Assembly (NCBI RefSeq): GCF_006345805.1
Contig: NC_043005.1
Span: forward strand, 25,048,001 to 25,112,000
From: Octopus sinensis
Taxonomy: Eukaryota
DNA: 64,000 nucleotides
Direction of reading: 5' to 3'
The translations under genes and the position numbers were made by a program. The notes beneath the pieces were generated by a model. That model had not been told where the DNA came from, did not search any database, and saw nothing but the letters and a program-made list of their open reading frames with translations. This document shows positions 1-12,590 of this stretch, in pieces (the first letter of the stretch is position 1; each line of letters begins with the position of its first letter).

Positions 1-115
1 TTGCGAGTAATAAAATTTTTGATGCTGAAGCAGCAACTGTATGAATATCTATTAAAAAATTTACGGTATATATGATTATATGAAAAATGCTTATGAATTA
101 AAGCCTTAAATTGTC

Positions 116-209
116 TTAATACTCAAAGCGAAAGTGGGGATGAACCATGTAATCTTCCTGAATCCTCTCTATTTCTCTCTCTGTATACATATGTATGTGT
201 GTATGTATA

Positions 210-293
<84 letters not shown>

Positions 294-465
294 TATATTA
301 GATATATAATATATATATACACATATATATAGATACATATGTAATATCATATATATGTTTTTATATGCATATATGTACATATATATATCTATACATACAC
401 ACACACTCATATATATACGTGTATATGATGTGTTTATATACACCTATATCTACCTCTCTCCCTCT

Positions 466-500
<35 letters not shown>

Positions 501-508
501 CTATCTAC

Positions 509-542
<34 letters not shown>

Positions 543-560
543 GCGCGTGTGTATATAAAC
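116..560. repeat. Compound microsatellites (TA)n, (CT)n, (CTAT)n
   Basis: Pure di- and tetranucleotide runs read directly; they explain the YI/LSIY ORFs. Confidence 0.95.
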
Positions 561-1241
561 ATACATACATTCCTGCATGAGCGAATACAACGACACAGAT
601 ACACACACAGACATATACACGTATACGTATTTGTATATATAGATAGATAGATCGATAGATAGATATATTAACTTATAACTATAGAGTTTTGCAGGAGTTT
701 GCAGGGCTATAAATCAGTAAACATTATTTTATTGCCCTTCGAAACTAATGAGATGTATAAAATATCTGTATGCGTATTGATGAACGGAGAAAATGTAATC
801 TGTGCCTTCCTTCCTTCATTCCACCCATCCTTACATCTAATCTGCCATCTCTCCTTACATTTTCCTTCATCCATCTTTCAATCATTCCTTTCAACCGTCC
901 TTCCTTCCTTCCTTTCTTCCTTCCTTCCTTCCTTCCTTCCTTCCTTCCTTCCTTCTTTTCTAGTTTTCTATCTATTTCCCTCCTTCCTTCTAAGCAATAC
1001 TTATCAACCAGCATATAGTTTTATATTCCATTAGTTTCCTGCAGACGAGGAAAGATATTTACATACCTGTAATTTAATGTACCCATAAATTTTCAAATTT
1101 AACCATACATTTTGACGTATTGAGTACTACTTATTTAGTCTGTCCATATACTTGTTCCGGCGAGCAAGCACATCCTGATCAAATACACACATATAAATAT
1201 TTACATTCATATAGGCACTCCCACCCATAAATTATATTATG

Positions 1242-1301
<60 letters not shown>

Positions 1302-1317
1302 TATATCTATATATATG

Positions 1318-1362
<45 letters not shown>

Positions 1363-1564
1363 GTATATATATATATATATGCACATGCATGCATACGTAC
1401 GCATATATATATATGTTTATGTGTTTGTGTGTGTATGTGTATATACTTATGCATGTGTTAATATGCATAGAAAACAAGCACCATCAACAGCAAATATACT
1501 TTCATTAAAGATGCAACAGGTAAACAAATATATAGTTATATATATATATATATATGTACGTATG

Positions 1565-1608
<44 letters not shown>

Positions 1609-1611
1609 CAC

Positions 1612-1651
<40 letters not shown>

Positions 1652-2181
1652 CATACTTTTGATAATATTACAAATTATTTGTTGTAAAAGAAGCATAACT
1701 AAAAAATAAATTGTTTGATTTAATGGCGTATATATAGAAAGAAATTTCATACAATACCTTCTCTGTCTGTCTCTCTCACAGAAACATTCACACACATACA
1801 CATATATGTATACATGTCTGTCTCAATAGGTTTGCGTGATTCTGTATTTATGCGTATGCAAATGATTAACGATGCAAACATAGCCATAGAAACAAGCAGT
1901 AGTTTTGTTGTTAGTTTGAGCCAACATGGCGGTTGTTAGCGTGAGATTTAGTTTAAGGTTGATGAATGTAATGTATTCTAGAGAATTATCTGCTGTCCCT
2001 CGTTTTTTTACACATCGTTCTATTGATTTATGTAATGTAAGATTAATCTATATTGCTTTAGTCTGTAGTTGTTTAAATAGAATGGTTAAATATATTGAAT
2101 GTGAGTAAAGAATTGTTTGGATATACATACATACATACATACATACATACATACATACATACAAACACACACACACACACG

Positions 2182-2212
<31 letters not shown>

Positions 2213-2339
2213 GTATGTATATAAGGAGACTGAGAGAGATGATCAGAGGTAGGGTAAAAAATGGGATTTGGTTTGGTATATGTTTGCAAGTGAAGAAATA
2301 AACAATAGTAGAAGAGACTGTGTTGCACGAAAACAAAGA

Positions 2340-2349
2340 GCGTGTGTGA

Positions 2350-2383
<34 letters not shown>

Positions 2384-2545
2384 AAGAGAGTGAGAGAGAA
2401 AGGGAGAGAAAAGAGAGAGACATAGGGAAAGAGAGAGAAAGTGATGGATAAATATATAGTTAGCTAGAGAAAGAGAGTGTGAGAGAAAGAGAGAAAGAGA
2501 GGGAGAGATACAGAGAAAGGGAAAGAAAGATAGAGGGAGAAAAAG

Positions 2546-2582
<37 letters not shown>

Positions 2583-2755
2583 TAGAGAGGGGGAGAAGGG
2601 GAGAGAAAGAGAGAGAGACATAGCGAAAGAGAGAGAAAGAGAAGGATAAATATATAGATAGATAAAGAAAGAGACAGGGAGAGTAAGAGTGAAAGAGAGG
2701 GGGAGATACAGAGAAAGGGAGAAAAAGACAGAAGGATAAAAAGAGATAGATAGAT

Positions 2756-2787
<32 letters not shown>

Positions 2788-3110
2788 GGAGAGAGAAAGG
2801 GAGAGAAAGTTAGAGGGAAAGAGATAGAGAAAGCGTGAGATAAATAGAGAAAGAGAGAAGGAGGGGGACGGGTGGGAAGCAAGAGAACGAATGATAGAAA
2901 TATCTCAGAGAATAACAGTAATTGTAGATGCACAGACACACACACACAAACATACATACACACACACAAATATACACACATCCACACAAACATATACACA
3001 CATAGACATACACACACACACAAACATTCATACATACATACAAACATAGACACACACAGACATACACACACATACGCACACAAACAAATATGCAAACAAA
3101 GAAACATAAA
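2340..3110. repeat. GA-rich, (GATA)n and CA-rich low-complexity tract
   Basis: Degenerate (GA)n and (GATA)n followed by (CA/TA)n. Confidence 0.9.
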
Positions 3111-3299
3111 CTGATCTATAAACGAGCCCATCTATCTATTTATCTACCTATCTGTCTGTCTGTCTGCATGTCTGTCTATCATTAGAATGTGGTCATGCTG
3201 GGGCACCGTCTCAATGGATTTAGTCGAAGAAATCGACGCACAGTATTATTCTTCTTAAAGTCTGTTAATCTGGGACTTATTCCATCACATACACACACA

Positions 3300-3485
3300 C
3301 ACAAGATAGATCGCTAGCCACTACACATTCTTTATTTTCTCGCTTTGTTTCTTTCTGTGTTCCTTTCTATGGTAGAGCGTAGGCTCGAAACGTTAAAGTC
3401 TTTTTCACTTCCCGAGCGTTATGCTTATACATCTGTTTGTTGTCTACACCACCTGTCTTCGTCTTTTGTTTTTTTGTGAATTCTC
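3300..3485 (+). mobile_element. Short dispersed repeat, probably a Penelope-like terminal segment; related copies near 23225-23358, 29590-29740 and 46890-47010
   Basis: Copies share motifs such as GAGCGTAGGCTCGAAAC, CCCGAGCGTT and CTGTCTTCGTC (not every motif in every copy) and mostly end at microsatellites. Confidence 0.6.
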
Positions 3486-3503
3486 CCTATCTATCTATGT
3501 ATC

Positions 3504-3580
<77 letters not shown>

Positions 3581-3584
3581 CATC

Positions 3585-3673
<89 letters not shown>

Positions 3674-3674
3674 G

Positions 3675-5279
3675 CCGTCCACCAGCGCCTCCGTCGTGGG
3701 ACGCTGGACCGACGGCCCGGTTGAGTTGCTCGGGGTCTGGTTTGGTCCGGACCTCCAAGTGGAGAAGAACTGGAACGAGATAACGAGTAGGGTGGTCACT
3801 CTCGCCCGGCATGGGCCGAGAGGAAACTGTCCCTAAAAGGTCGGGCGGAGGTGGCGAACACGTACATCCGCGTCCGTCATCTACTACCACCTGACCGTCG
3901 TACCTTGTCCCGACCCTACCATCACCAAACTACAACGCATTCTCTTTCGCTTCTTGTGGAAAGGATGCGTCCCGATGGTCAGGCGATCCATTTGCTGTCA
4001 ACACCCGTTAAAAGGAGGGCTGGGCATGCCGTGGTTGATGATGCGCAGACACGCGCTGAGACTGCGACATCTCTGGCTCTATGTAGACGACGGTGAACAG
4101 GTGTGGTCGCCGTTTGTGAGGCACGCTTTCCCGCAGCTCGTCTCCATGACCGAACTGCAGTCGTGGATCAAAAAGAGGCCGGAGAAGGGCGAATGGCACC
4201 GCGAGTGTCGCGTTGCTCTCAAGCAACTCTGCCGTCCAGGGTCGACCTTGAGTGACTTCAACACAACCAAAGCATTCTATAGGGGTTTAGTGGAGGGGAG
4301 GTACGACGACGAGCTCGGGGCGAACCTGGACGTCGACGAGGAGTACCTGACCCGCCTGTTCAGGACGACTTTCGGGCCAGGGCCCATGGACAACTTCCAG
4401 AGATCCCTGGCCTGGCAGTGCTACCGAGAAGCGCTACCCGTTCGGGATAAGCTCTACAGACACGGCTCAAGAAACACGGGGCCGACCTGCCCGAGATGCG
4501 GTCAGAGCGACGAACCCGTTCTGCACGCACTCGTGCAGTGTCCAACAATTTCCGACCTGTGGGCTTGTGTCGAACACTGCTGTCACGTGTGTGGACGAGT
4601 CGGTTTATCAGCTGAGTCATCGTTAATATTGTCACGCTCCCCTCCTTCAAACGGGAAGGAAGAGCTATTTTCATCATCCTTGTGGCTATGGCGAAAGAAT
4701 GTATCTGGTGGACGCGTCTGAAATGTATTGGAGACAAACACTTTCCTCTCTGGTCAATCTCTCATCACTTCTTCAAGTACCACTTGAAAAGGAAAGTGAG
4801 AGTAGAGAGGCAAGTTTTGTCTAGCGAATGTTTTAAAAAAGATGGGTGAATGTAGCAAGATGGCACGTATGAATGACGAAGCCACCTTGAGCATGATCCT
4901 ATGAACCCAGAAATTGAAAACAGAGAGATGCTTATTTGCAAAAAAAAAAAAAAGAAATAATAACATGTGACTTCATTGACCGAGGTTACCGTGGTCTTTT
5001 CCGTAGGCTTTTCTTTCCACGGGTAACCCTCACCTGTCCTCCCCCTTTACACTTCATATTGACATTTCTGTGATAACGATCCTATTGATCCATTTTTTTT
5101 TTCCTCTCCCCTTTTTTTTAACCCCCTTTTTTTGTCCTCTTTCTCTGCTTTTACGATCCCTTTTGATCGAAACTCCCCCTTCCTTTTTTCTTTCTTTTTT
5201 TTTTCTAAACCTTCAAGAAAAGCTCTACTTGTAATTTGTTTCTATCTGTGTGCAGCCCTGTGTGGCTAATAAAGAAACA

Positions 5280-5280
<1 letters not shown>
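3675..5280 (+). mobile_element. 5'-truncated Tx1/L1-clade non-LTR retrotransposon: ORF2 C-terminus plus 3' UTR
   Basis: Frameshifted translation includes LFRFLWKG..KGGLGMP, LPVRDKLYRHG and the zinc-binding CPRC..DEPVLHALVQCP..W; ends AATAAAGAAAC into (ATCT)n. Confidence 0.85.
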
Positions 5281-5329
<49 letters not shown>

Positions 5330-5371
5330 ATCTCTATCTATCTATATATATATATATACACGACGTATATA

Positions 5372-6152
5372 CTGGGTGTTCGGGCTAAATTTGATGATTT
5401 TTCGTCGCTTATTTTTCAGCAACAGGTTGATGTATTCGTGAACATTTCGCGGCGTTGGAGAGCATAAAGTTTAAGTTTGTAGTTGAGAAGGAATTAGTTG
5501 ATATGTAGGGCTGGAAGTCATCAGAATACTGGAAAAAGGGTTACCTGTATCATAAGGAATCGCACCGGGTGTCAAAATTCTGACATCATCACTGCTGCTC
5601 AGTGTAGCGTGAATATAGCAAAGGCTGTATGATATGACTGGGAAGGCTGCAACGGAGACTACGAAACCGTGGCCTGCATGAAAGAACACAAGAAGGGTGT
5701 AGTTCCAGTGAAGGTGACGTCATACCGCCATACAATTTTGAACAGGGCCATAGACTGAATTCAGACTGCTATGTGAAGCTACTGGAGACTGTGATCGAGC
5801 CCTAGCTGGAGAGGCATATGTGTGGCAGTAGGATTCGGTTCCTTGTTATACCTCCGGAAAGAGTCAGATGTGGTTGTTGGAGAATTTCTACGACATTACC
5901 AGCGCCAATTTCTGGCCTCCTAATACTCCAAATTGTAACTGCATGCTTTAGTATGTGAGGGGGGAGGCTGAGAAGAGTATTAACCAGTCTGTTTGCAACA
6001 CCAACGACGAGCTAGTTCGAAGATCTACCTAGGGATACAATGAGGAACGCAGGCGTTTCGTTCCGAAGCCACTTTGAGGTACGAAGTAGTAGAAACTGAA
6101 GACGGCAGCTTCGAGTTAGCTGTCGTATTCCACCTATAATCTTCAACCTGTA
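5372..6152 (+). mobile_element. Internally deleted maT (DD37D-type) Tc1/mariner relic
   Basis: TA followed by CTGGGTGTTCGGGCTAAA (TIR-like start); decayed transposase GDVIPPYNF..RLNSDCYVKLLETVIEP..YVWQ*DSVPC..WPPNTPN. The right TIR was not found. Confidence 0.75.
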
Positions 6153-6215
6153 TACATATATACGTACATATTTCGAGGCCACGTTTTCGTTCATTTCTCT
6201 TATATATATATATAA

Positions 6216-6266
<51 letters not shown>

Positions 6267-6461
6267 ATATTATATATATATATATATATACCTACGAACA
6301 TGGATTTTTTATAATTTTATGAGTAAGAATCGAAACATTGAATATGATTTTTGTTTAATATTTATCATTTATTATATTATTAACATAATACTATAATATA
6401 TTATGTTAATAAATTTTTATTTTTGTATGAACAATTGTATATCTCTATTTTCTTTTCATTT

Positions 6462-6507
<46 letters not shown>

Positions 6508-6963
6508 ATATATATATATGCATATATATATATATTATATATGCATATATATATGCTATCGTTCTATTATTGCAGTCCCAATTTGAATTCTAACTGTGGC
6601 CAGTTCGTCCCAAAGTTCGTATCTCAACGTAAAATTAACGAAGCAAATATCATTTATCTTCCCCTTGATCTCTGACGTCATCTGACAAACGCCACCCATG
6701 ACGGCGTGAATCAGCCAAGTTTTACCTGCTAGAAATAGCAACCCAAATACTTTTAAATCAGATCCCAATGCTGGATGTTCAAGAACCAAATGAAGGACCA
6801 TTCTGATTCCAGAAAGGTATATATCTATGGTGGAACAAATGTAGACTGAGATACAGGGGTCTCAGACGGACAGATAAAATTTTGCTTTTATTGCACACAC
6901 GCACAAACACACAGGCACAAAAATACATTCATATATATAGATATATATATATATAACACGTAT

Positions 6964-7116
6964 ATGACAGGTTTCTTTAATTTTCTGTCTTACAAATCCA
7001 CCCACACGGCTTTGGTCGGCGCGTAGCTATAATATAAGACACTTGTCCAAGGTGCGATGCAGTGGGACTGAACCCGGAAACATGTGGTTGGGAAGCAAGC
7101 TTGCCACTCCTGTGCC
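6964..7116 (-). mobile_element. tRNA-derived SINE, 5' part (octopus-type)
   Basis: Reverse complement of the head GGGTTCAGTCCCACTGC..CCTTGGACAAGTGTCTT shared with full copies at 11809 and 19506. Confidence 0.8.
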
Positions 7117-7242
7117 TATATATATGTATGTGTATATATATATATATATAGTTAATCCAAACATGAAACACAAAGAGAAAACACAGCAACGCGAGGACGT
7201 GGAACTAGTATAGTATTATTGGACGCTCAAGAAAGAAGGAAA

Positions 7243-7287
<45 letters not shown>

Positions 7288-7356
7288 TATATATATATAT
7301 ATACACATATATTATTTATATATACATATATACATGTATATATATGTATATATATA

Positions 7357-7400
<44 letters not shown>

Positions 7401-7405
<5 letters not shown>

Positions 7406-8377
7406 GTTATCGCCATACTAATATGGCATTCTTATAAAAATAAGAATAAAGCTGTCCGCTTATTAGCTCCATGTTCGAAGGTTATATGGATCAGTTTGTG
7501 ATCAATAGCTAACTTAAGGCGATGGCCTCATGAGCTAATAAGCGGACAGCTTTATTCTTATTTTTATAAGAATGCCATATTGTAATGGCGATAACTATTA
7601 TTTTCCGGGAACGCTGCCGGGTTCTCTTTTAGAGAGACTTAGTAATTTTAATATTTCTATATTGAAAACAAGTGGATGTATTCCCCCGAACTAGGTAAAT
7701 AAAACCTTCGAACAGATTGTCGGAAGCGACACCTACTGGTCTGACTACGCTGCATTGAAAAGGGGCAATCCCCGAACGCGTCTGTAGCTGTCGGTCAAGT
7801 AGTGTGGAGCGACTGACCTCCCTTGTTTCGAAGTTATATGGATACATTTGTGTATCAAATAGCTAACTTAAGGCGATGGCCTCATGGAGCTAATAAGCGG
7901 ACAGCTTTATTCTTATTTTTATAAGAATGCCATATTAGTATGGCGATAACTATTATTTTCCGGAACGCTGCCGTGTTCTCTTTTAGAGAGACTTAGTAAT
8001 TTTAATATTTCTATTATTGAAAACAAGTGGATGTATTCCACCGAAACTAGTAAATAAAACCTTCGAACAGAGATTGTCGGAAGCGACACCTACTGGTCTG
8101 ACTACGCTGCATTGAAAAGGGGCAATACCCCGAAACGCGTCTGTAGCTGTCGGTCAAGTAGTGTGGAGCGACTGACCTCCCTTGTTCGAAGGTTATATGG
8201 ATACAGTTTGTGTATCAAATAGCTAACTTAAGGCGATGGCCTCATGGAGCTAATAAGCGGACAGCTTTATTCTTATTTTCATAAGAATGCCATATTAGTA
8301 TGGCGATAACTATTATTTTCCGGGAACGCTGCCGTGTTCTCTTTTAGAGAGACTTAGTAATTTTAATATTTCTATTA
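7401..8377 (+). repeat. Tandem array A: about 2.5 units of about 357 bp, preceded by a 73-bp inverted head (7401-7473), flanked by (TA)n
   Basis: TTCGAAG(G)TTATATGG recurs at 7474, about 7827 and 8185; 7401-7473 is the reverse complement of about 7529-7600. Confidence 0.9.
8106..8147 (+). ncRNA. Minimal type I hammerhead ribozyme with U3/A8 variant core (second copy 7749-7788 has GAA instead of GAAA)
   Basis: GCTGCA-TTGAAAA-GGGG caata CCCC-GAAA-CGCG-TC-TGTAGC: stem I GCTGCA/TGTAGC, stem II GGGG/CCCC, palindromic ACGCGT stem III, GUC cleavage site after 8141. Confidence 0.7.
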
Positions 8378-9245
8378 TGTATATATATATACATATATGC
8401 ATGTAGTTAGACAGACGGATATATATACATGGGTGTTTAAAATTTAAAAGTGGTGGGAGGCAGAATTCGTGGGACATTATAGTAGTCTCCTCAATAGACA
8501 ATTGGTGCCGCAGAAAAAAAATTTTATTGGTTAGGACGAAATACTGCAGGATTGTTGCGTTTACAAACACTTATAGATTAAGTATGTGATTTACAAATAC
8601 ACATAATTTGATAATGTTTACATAATCGAGCTGCCTCGAACACAAAATTTGAAAATACATACATACACACACATATACATAGACACATGTACATATACAC
8701 GTGTACAAATGTATGTGAATGTATATATGTATGTGTCGTATATATTCGGTTTCAAAGCAATCTCACATATAATGCTATCTCACTCTAACTGTATGAAACC
8801 CGATATTCTCGGTTAAATTTCCCGCATTATACACGAATTAATTCAGTATATAACAATGAGAGAATTGCTTGCAAAACCAAGCAGATTAAAATCAAACATT
8901 GCTAAAAGTACGTGCAAACCTAGCATCGGGGTCAACGGCTTTCTTTCAAAAGTGCGCAGGGATATAAAAATAATCGAGCAGCATATAGTGGTTGTAAAAC
9001 CACTAAGATCGATAGACAAGCTTGTGCTCTTTAGTTGTGGTGAAAGTAGAATTATTTTGAAGAGAAGCAGAGCAAATAAAAACGTGGCAGGTCAAGCCAA
9101 TATAATCTTTGATCTATAACCATTTGTAATACCTAATTATCGTCGTATTTCTTTAGCGTTCAGTTATTTTGCATATAACCAAGTTAAGCAATTGCGATGC
9201 TGCTTAAACCATATCTTTCATTCATGATTGAAGTATTGTTGCTTG

Positions 9246-9500
9246 CAAGGGCGGTGAGCTGGCAGAAACGTTAGCATCCCGAGCGAAATGCTTTGCGGTA
9301 TTTCGTCTGCCGTTACGTTCTGAGTTCAAATTCCGCCGAGGTCGACTTTGCCTTTCATCCTTTCGAAGTCGATTAAATAAGTACCAGTTACGCACTGGGG
9401 TCGATATAATCAACTTAATCCGTTTGTCTGTCCTTGTTTGTCCCCTCTGTGTGTAGCCCCTTGTGGGCAATAAAAAATAAGAAACGTTAGCACGCCGGGC
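9246..9500 (+). mobile_element. tRNA-derived SINE with a Nin/Deu-like central domain
   Basis: B-box-like GAGTTCAAATTCC followed by GCCTTTCATCCTTTC..GTCGAT..AAGTACCAG. Confidence 0.7.
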
Positions 9501-9866
9501 TTGCTTTCATTTGTCTTTTATTTGTGTCGGATGTTGGACTGCAGCCATACTGGGCAGCACTTTGAAGGGTTTTCAGTCGAACCAATCGACCCCATTAATT
9601 ACTCTTTTATGTTTAGTACTTATTCTAACGTTTGTCTTTGCTGAACTATCAAGTTACGGGGACGTGGACGAAACAACACCGGTTCTCATGAAGTGTGTGT
9701 GGATCTGATGCAGACATAAGCACACATACAAAGACAAACACGCACACAAACGCACACAGATGATTAAACACACACATACATATATACTTACATACGTTAT
9801 CTATCCATCCATCCATCCATCCATCCATCCATCCATCCATCCATCCATCCATCCATCTATCTATCC

Positions 9867-9950
<84 letters not shown>

Positions 9951-9951
9951 G

Positions 9952-10760
9952 AATACGAAAGTCTTCGACAGCGTGGAAATCAACGCAGTGCTGCCAGCTC
10001 ACGGGAAACAAGGTGTGACGATGCAGTATGTCACTCTCCCGAGGGAGGCGAATACCGAGTGCATAACGAATGTGACCCTGTTATCTTCAGCAGTGAATGT
10101 TCCAACGGAGAAAGGTGTCAAACAAGGAGACACCATCATTCTCCTAAGCTCTTCACGGCGTGTCTCCAGATAGTCAATCAAGACATGAACTAGAACGGAG
10201 GCATAAGGATAAACGGAGAACTGCTCATCCAGCTAAGATTTGCGGACGACATAACGCTGATAGCGTAGAACACCAATCAACTACAGACCATGCTATACAA
10301 ACTGGATTCCAGGGGTTCGGCTGTCAGCCTGAAGATCAACCGTAACAAAACCAAGTACATATGGTCTGAGGGCGTACCGATCGGTCGCTTAACAGTCAGA
10401 GGTACTGAAATAGAATGGGTGAGCACCTATATGTATCTTGTTGAAGAAATGACTGTAGGGCGAGAGATAGAGAATGAAACCACGCGAAGGGTAAGAGCAG
10501 GATGGAGAGCATTCAACTCGGTGAAAGATGTGCTGAAGGCGAACCTATACAAGGCAACTCACACCAATCTCTTTAACATCACAGTCTTGCCTACAATGCT
10601 ATACGCATGTGAGACTTGGGCATTGACGAAGAGAGAACAACAACACCTGCTTACGGCGCAGAAAGCCTTGGAAAGGTCGATGCTGGGAATCTCGCTAAAA
10701 GATCACACCCGGAACGAGGAGATCAGAGATTGAACTGGAGTGAAGGACGTCGTCGATGGA
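9952..10760 (+). mobile_element. RTE-clade LINE reverse transcriptase fragment (pseudogenised)
   Basis: VFDSVE..KGVKQGDTI, LRFADD, LKINRNKTK, AGWRAF, VLPTMLYACETW, ERSMLGISLKDH.RNEEIR. Confidence 0.9.
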
Positions 10761-10795
10761 GACCGCCTTGCGAATATAACAGCTTGGATATGGTA

Positions 10796-10835
<40 letters not shown>

Positions 10836-11009
10836 AAATGGGAAAAATTCGTCATCAGCGACGGAATATCCCATACTCTGAGATTTCCCAGAAACAGCTG
10901 TAAGACTTTGAAGTTTTTCAAATAATAATGTATATGACTTGAGATGTTTGCCTTGCCTTAACGTTTGCTGTCCTCTTTAACAATTATACATTATATATAT
11001 ATATATATA

Positions 11010-11808
11010 CTAGCAGTATTGCCCGGCTCGTGCACTCGTGCGTTTTATGCACGCGCGAATTAAGCTAAACTTGGATGAAGTTCAATCAAAATTCAATTAT
11101 TTTGGTTTTAAAATCAAGCATTTAATGCCCTCTATTTTTGCGCTTATGTGTTCCATTTCCTCAATAGGAAGTACGTAGAAGCGTTTCATGAATTTGGTTG
11201 ATCAAATAATTGCATTGTTGAATTATTCTTTTAGATCAGTTTTTCTCAATGGGGATTTCAGGGGAGAGTTTCAGGGAGTCGCTGGCGACGTATTGTGATG
11301 ATCAAAAATCCGGCCTGCTAAAATTTGGTTAAAGTGATTCAAATTGCAGACTCAACGCAAAATGGTCACATTTAATTCAAAGCGTTAAAAATGTTATGAA
11401 AACAATTGGTGTGTGTTCACAAAGTCCAAACGATTAATACGAAAAAACCCTCCAGGCTACATCCCGAAAATCCATTTCTTTGCCGAATTTCTACAATGTT
11501 TACGGCGATTCGTTTTTATATCTTGATTTTATATTTTTCACGCAATTTACGCATACATGCACGCGTGGTGAACACAGTTCACGTCAAACAGCTGACTGAG
11601 TAAAGTTCACTATTCAATGCATGGGATAAGGCCTAAACAAACACATTATCGATTTTTGCACTTGCGAGATAAATTTCGGAACAGAAATAGCACAGTTCAA
11701 TTTTCATTCGCCTAAACTTCAAGTGACCCATTTTTGGCGGTTCTACAATTTGTTGGCTAGGAGGAGATGTGCCGGGAAGTTAAACACACAGATACACACA
11801 GACACACA
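11010..11808 (-). mobile_element. Non-autonomous Helitron-like element
   Basis: CTAG terminus at 11010-11013 with an adjacent GC-rich GCCCGGC motif, matching the 3' end of the element at 61297-61680. Confidence 0.55.
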
Positions 11809-12210
11809 AGGAGTGGCTGTGTGGTAAGTAGCTTGCTAACCAATCACATGGTTCCGGGTTCAGTCCCACTGCGTGGCATCTTGGGCAAGTGTCTTCTGCT
11901 ATAGCCCCGGGCTGACCAATGCCTTGTGAGTGGATTTGGTAGACGGAAACTGAAAGAAGCCTGTCGTATATATGTATATATGTATAAGTGTGTGTGTATA
12001 TGTTTGTGTGTCTGTGTTTGTCCCCCTAGCATTGCTTGACAACCGATGCTGGTGTGTTTACGTCCCCGTCACTTAGCGGTTCGGCAAAAAGAACCGATAG
12101 AATAAGTTCTGGGCTTACAAAGAATAAGCCCGGGGTCGATTGCTCGACTAAAGGTGGTGCTCCAGCATGGCCGCAGTCAAATGACTGAAACAAGTAGATG
12201 AGTAAATAGA
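11809..12210 (+). mobile_element. Full-length tRNA-derived SINE with an internal (TA/TG)n microsatellite
   Basis: Head GGAGTGGCTGTGTGGTAAG..GGTTCAGTCCC, core CTTGGGCAAGTGTCTT, internal microsatellite, tail GGTGCTCCAGCATGGCCGCAGTCAAATGACTGAAACAAGTA. Confidence 0.85.
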
Positions 12211-12590
12211 GTACATGAGTAAATGAGTATATATATATATATATATATACATATAATATATAAATAAATATAAGAGAGTGGTCACTATTATAATATTTTA
12301 TACATTATAATATATTATAAAATATTATAATAATCCAGGTTTCTTGGGGCACTGGGCCACTTGGTGTTGAATAGGTTATACTATTAAATTAGTATCTAAT
12401 TCTCTCACCCTTATTAATTAATAATAATTATGCTACATTATTTCTAAAGTAGTATTTGTTTCCGTGAAAGTTTGGCGCGCTGTTGGTAGGGGCATTTGAT
12501 TATAACGTCGGATGTAATCAATTGAACCACACGTGTATTTATCGTTATGGTAAAATCTGGCGTGTGATTGAGTGGATTTCATCCAGATAG

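Noticed and set aside
2460-3131. 223-aa ORF with a membrane-like composition
   Set aside because: Derived from GA-rich and CA-rich simple repeats
8856-9119. 87-aa ORF, and an RLYWLD (YWTD-like) motif on the opposite strand
   Set aside because: No recognisable domain; the opposite-strand frame stops within about 12 codons and has no splice support
11809-11880. SINE heads as functional tRNA genes (also 25383 and 56855)
   Set aside because: Box A/B-like motifs are present but no complete cloverleaf, and they continue into SINE bodies
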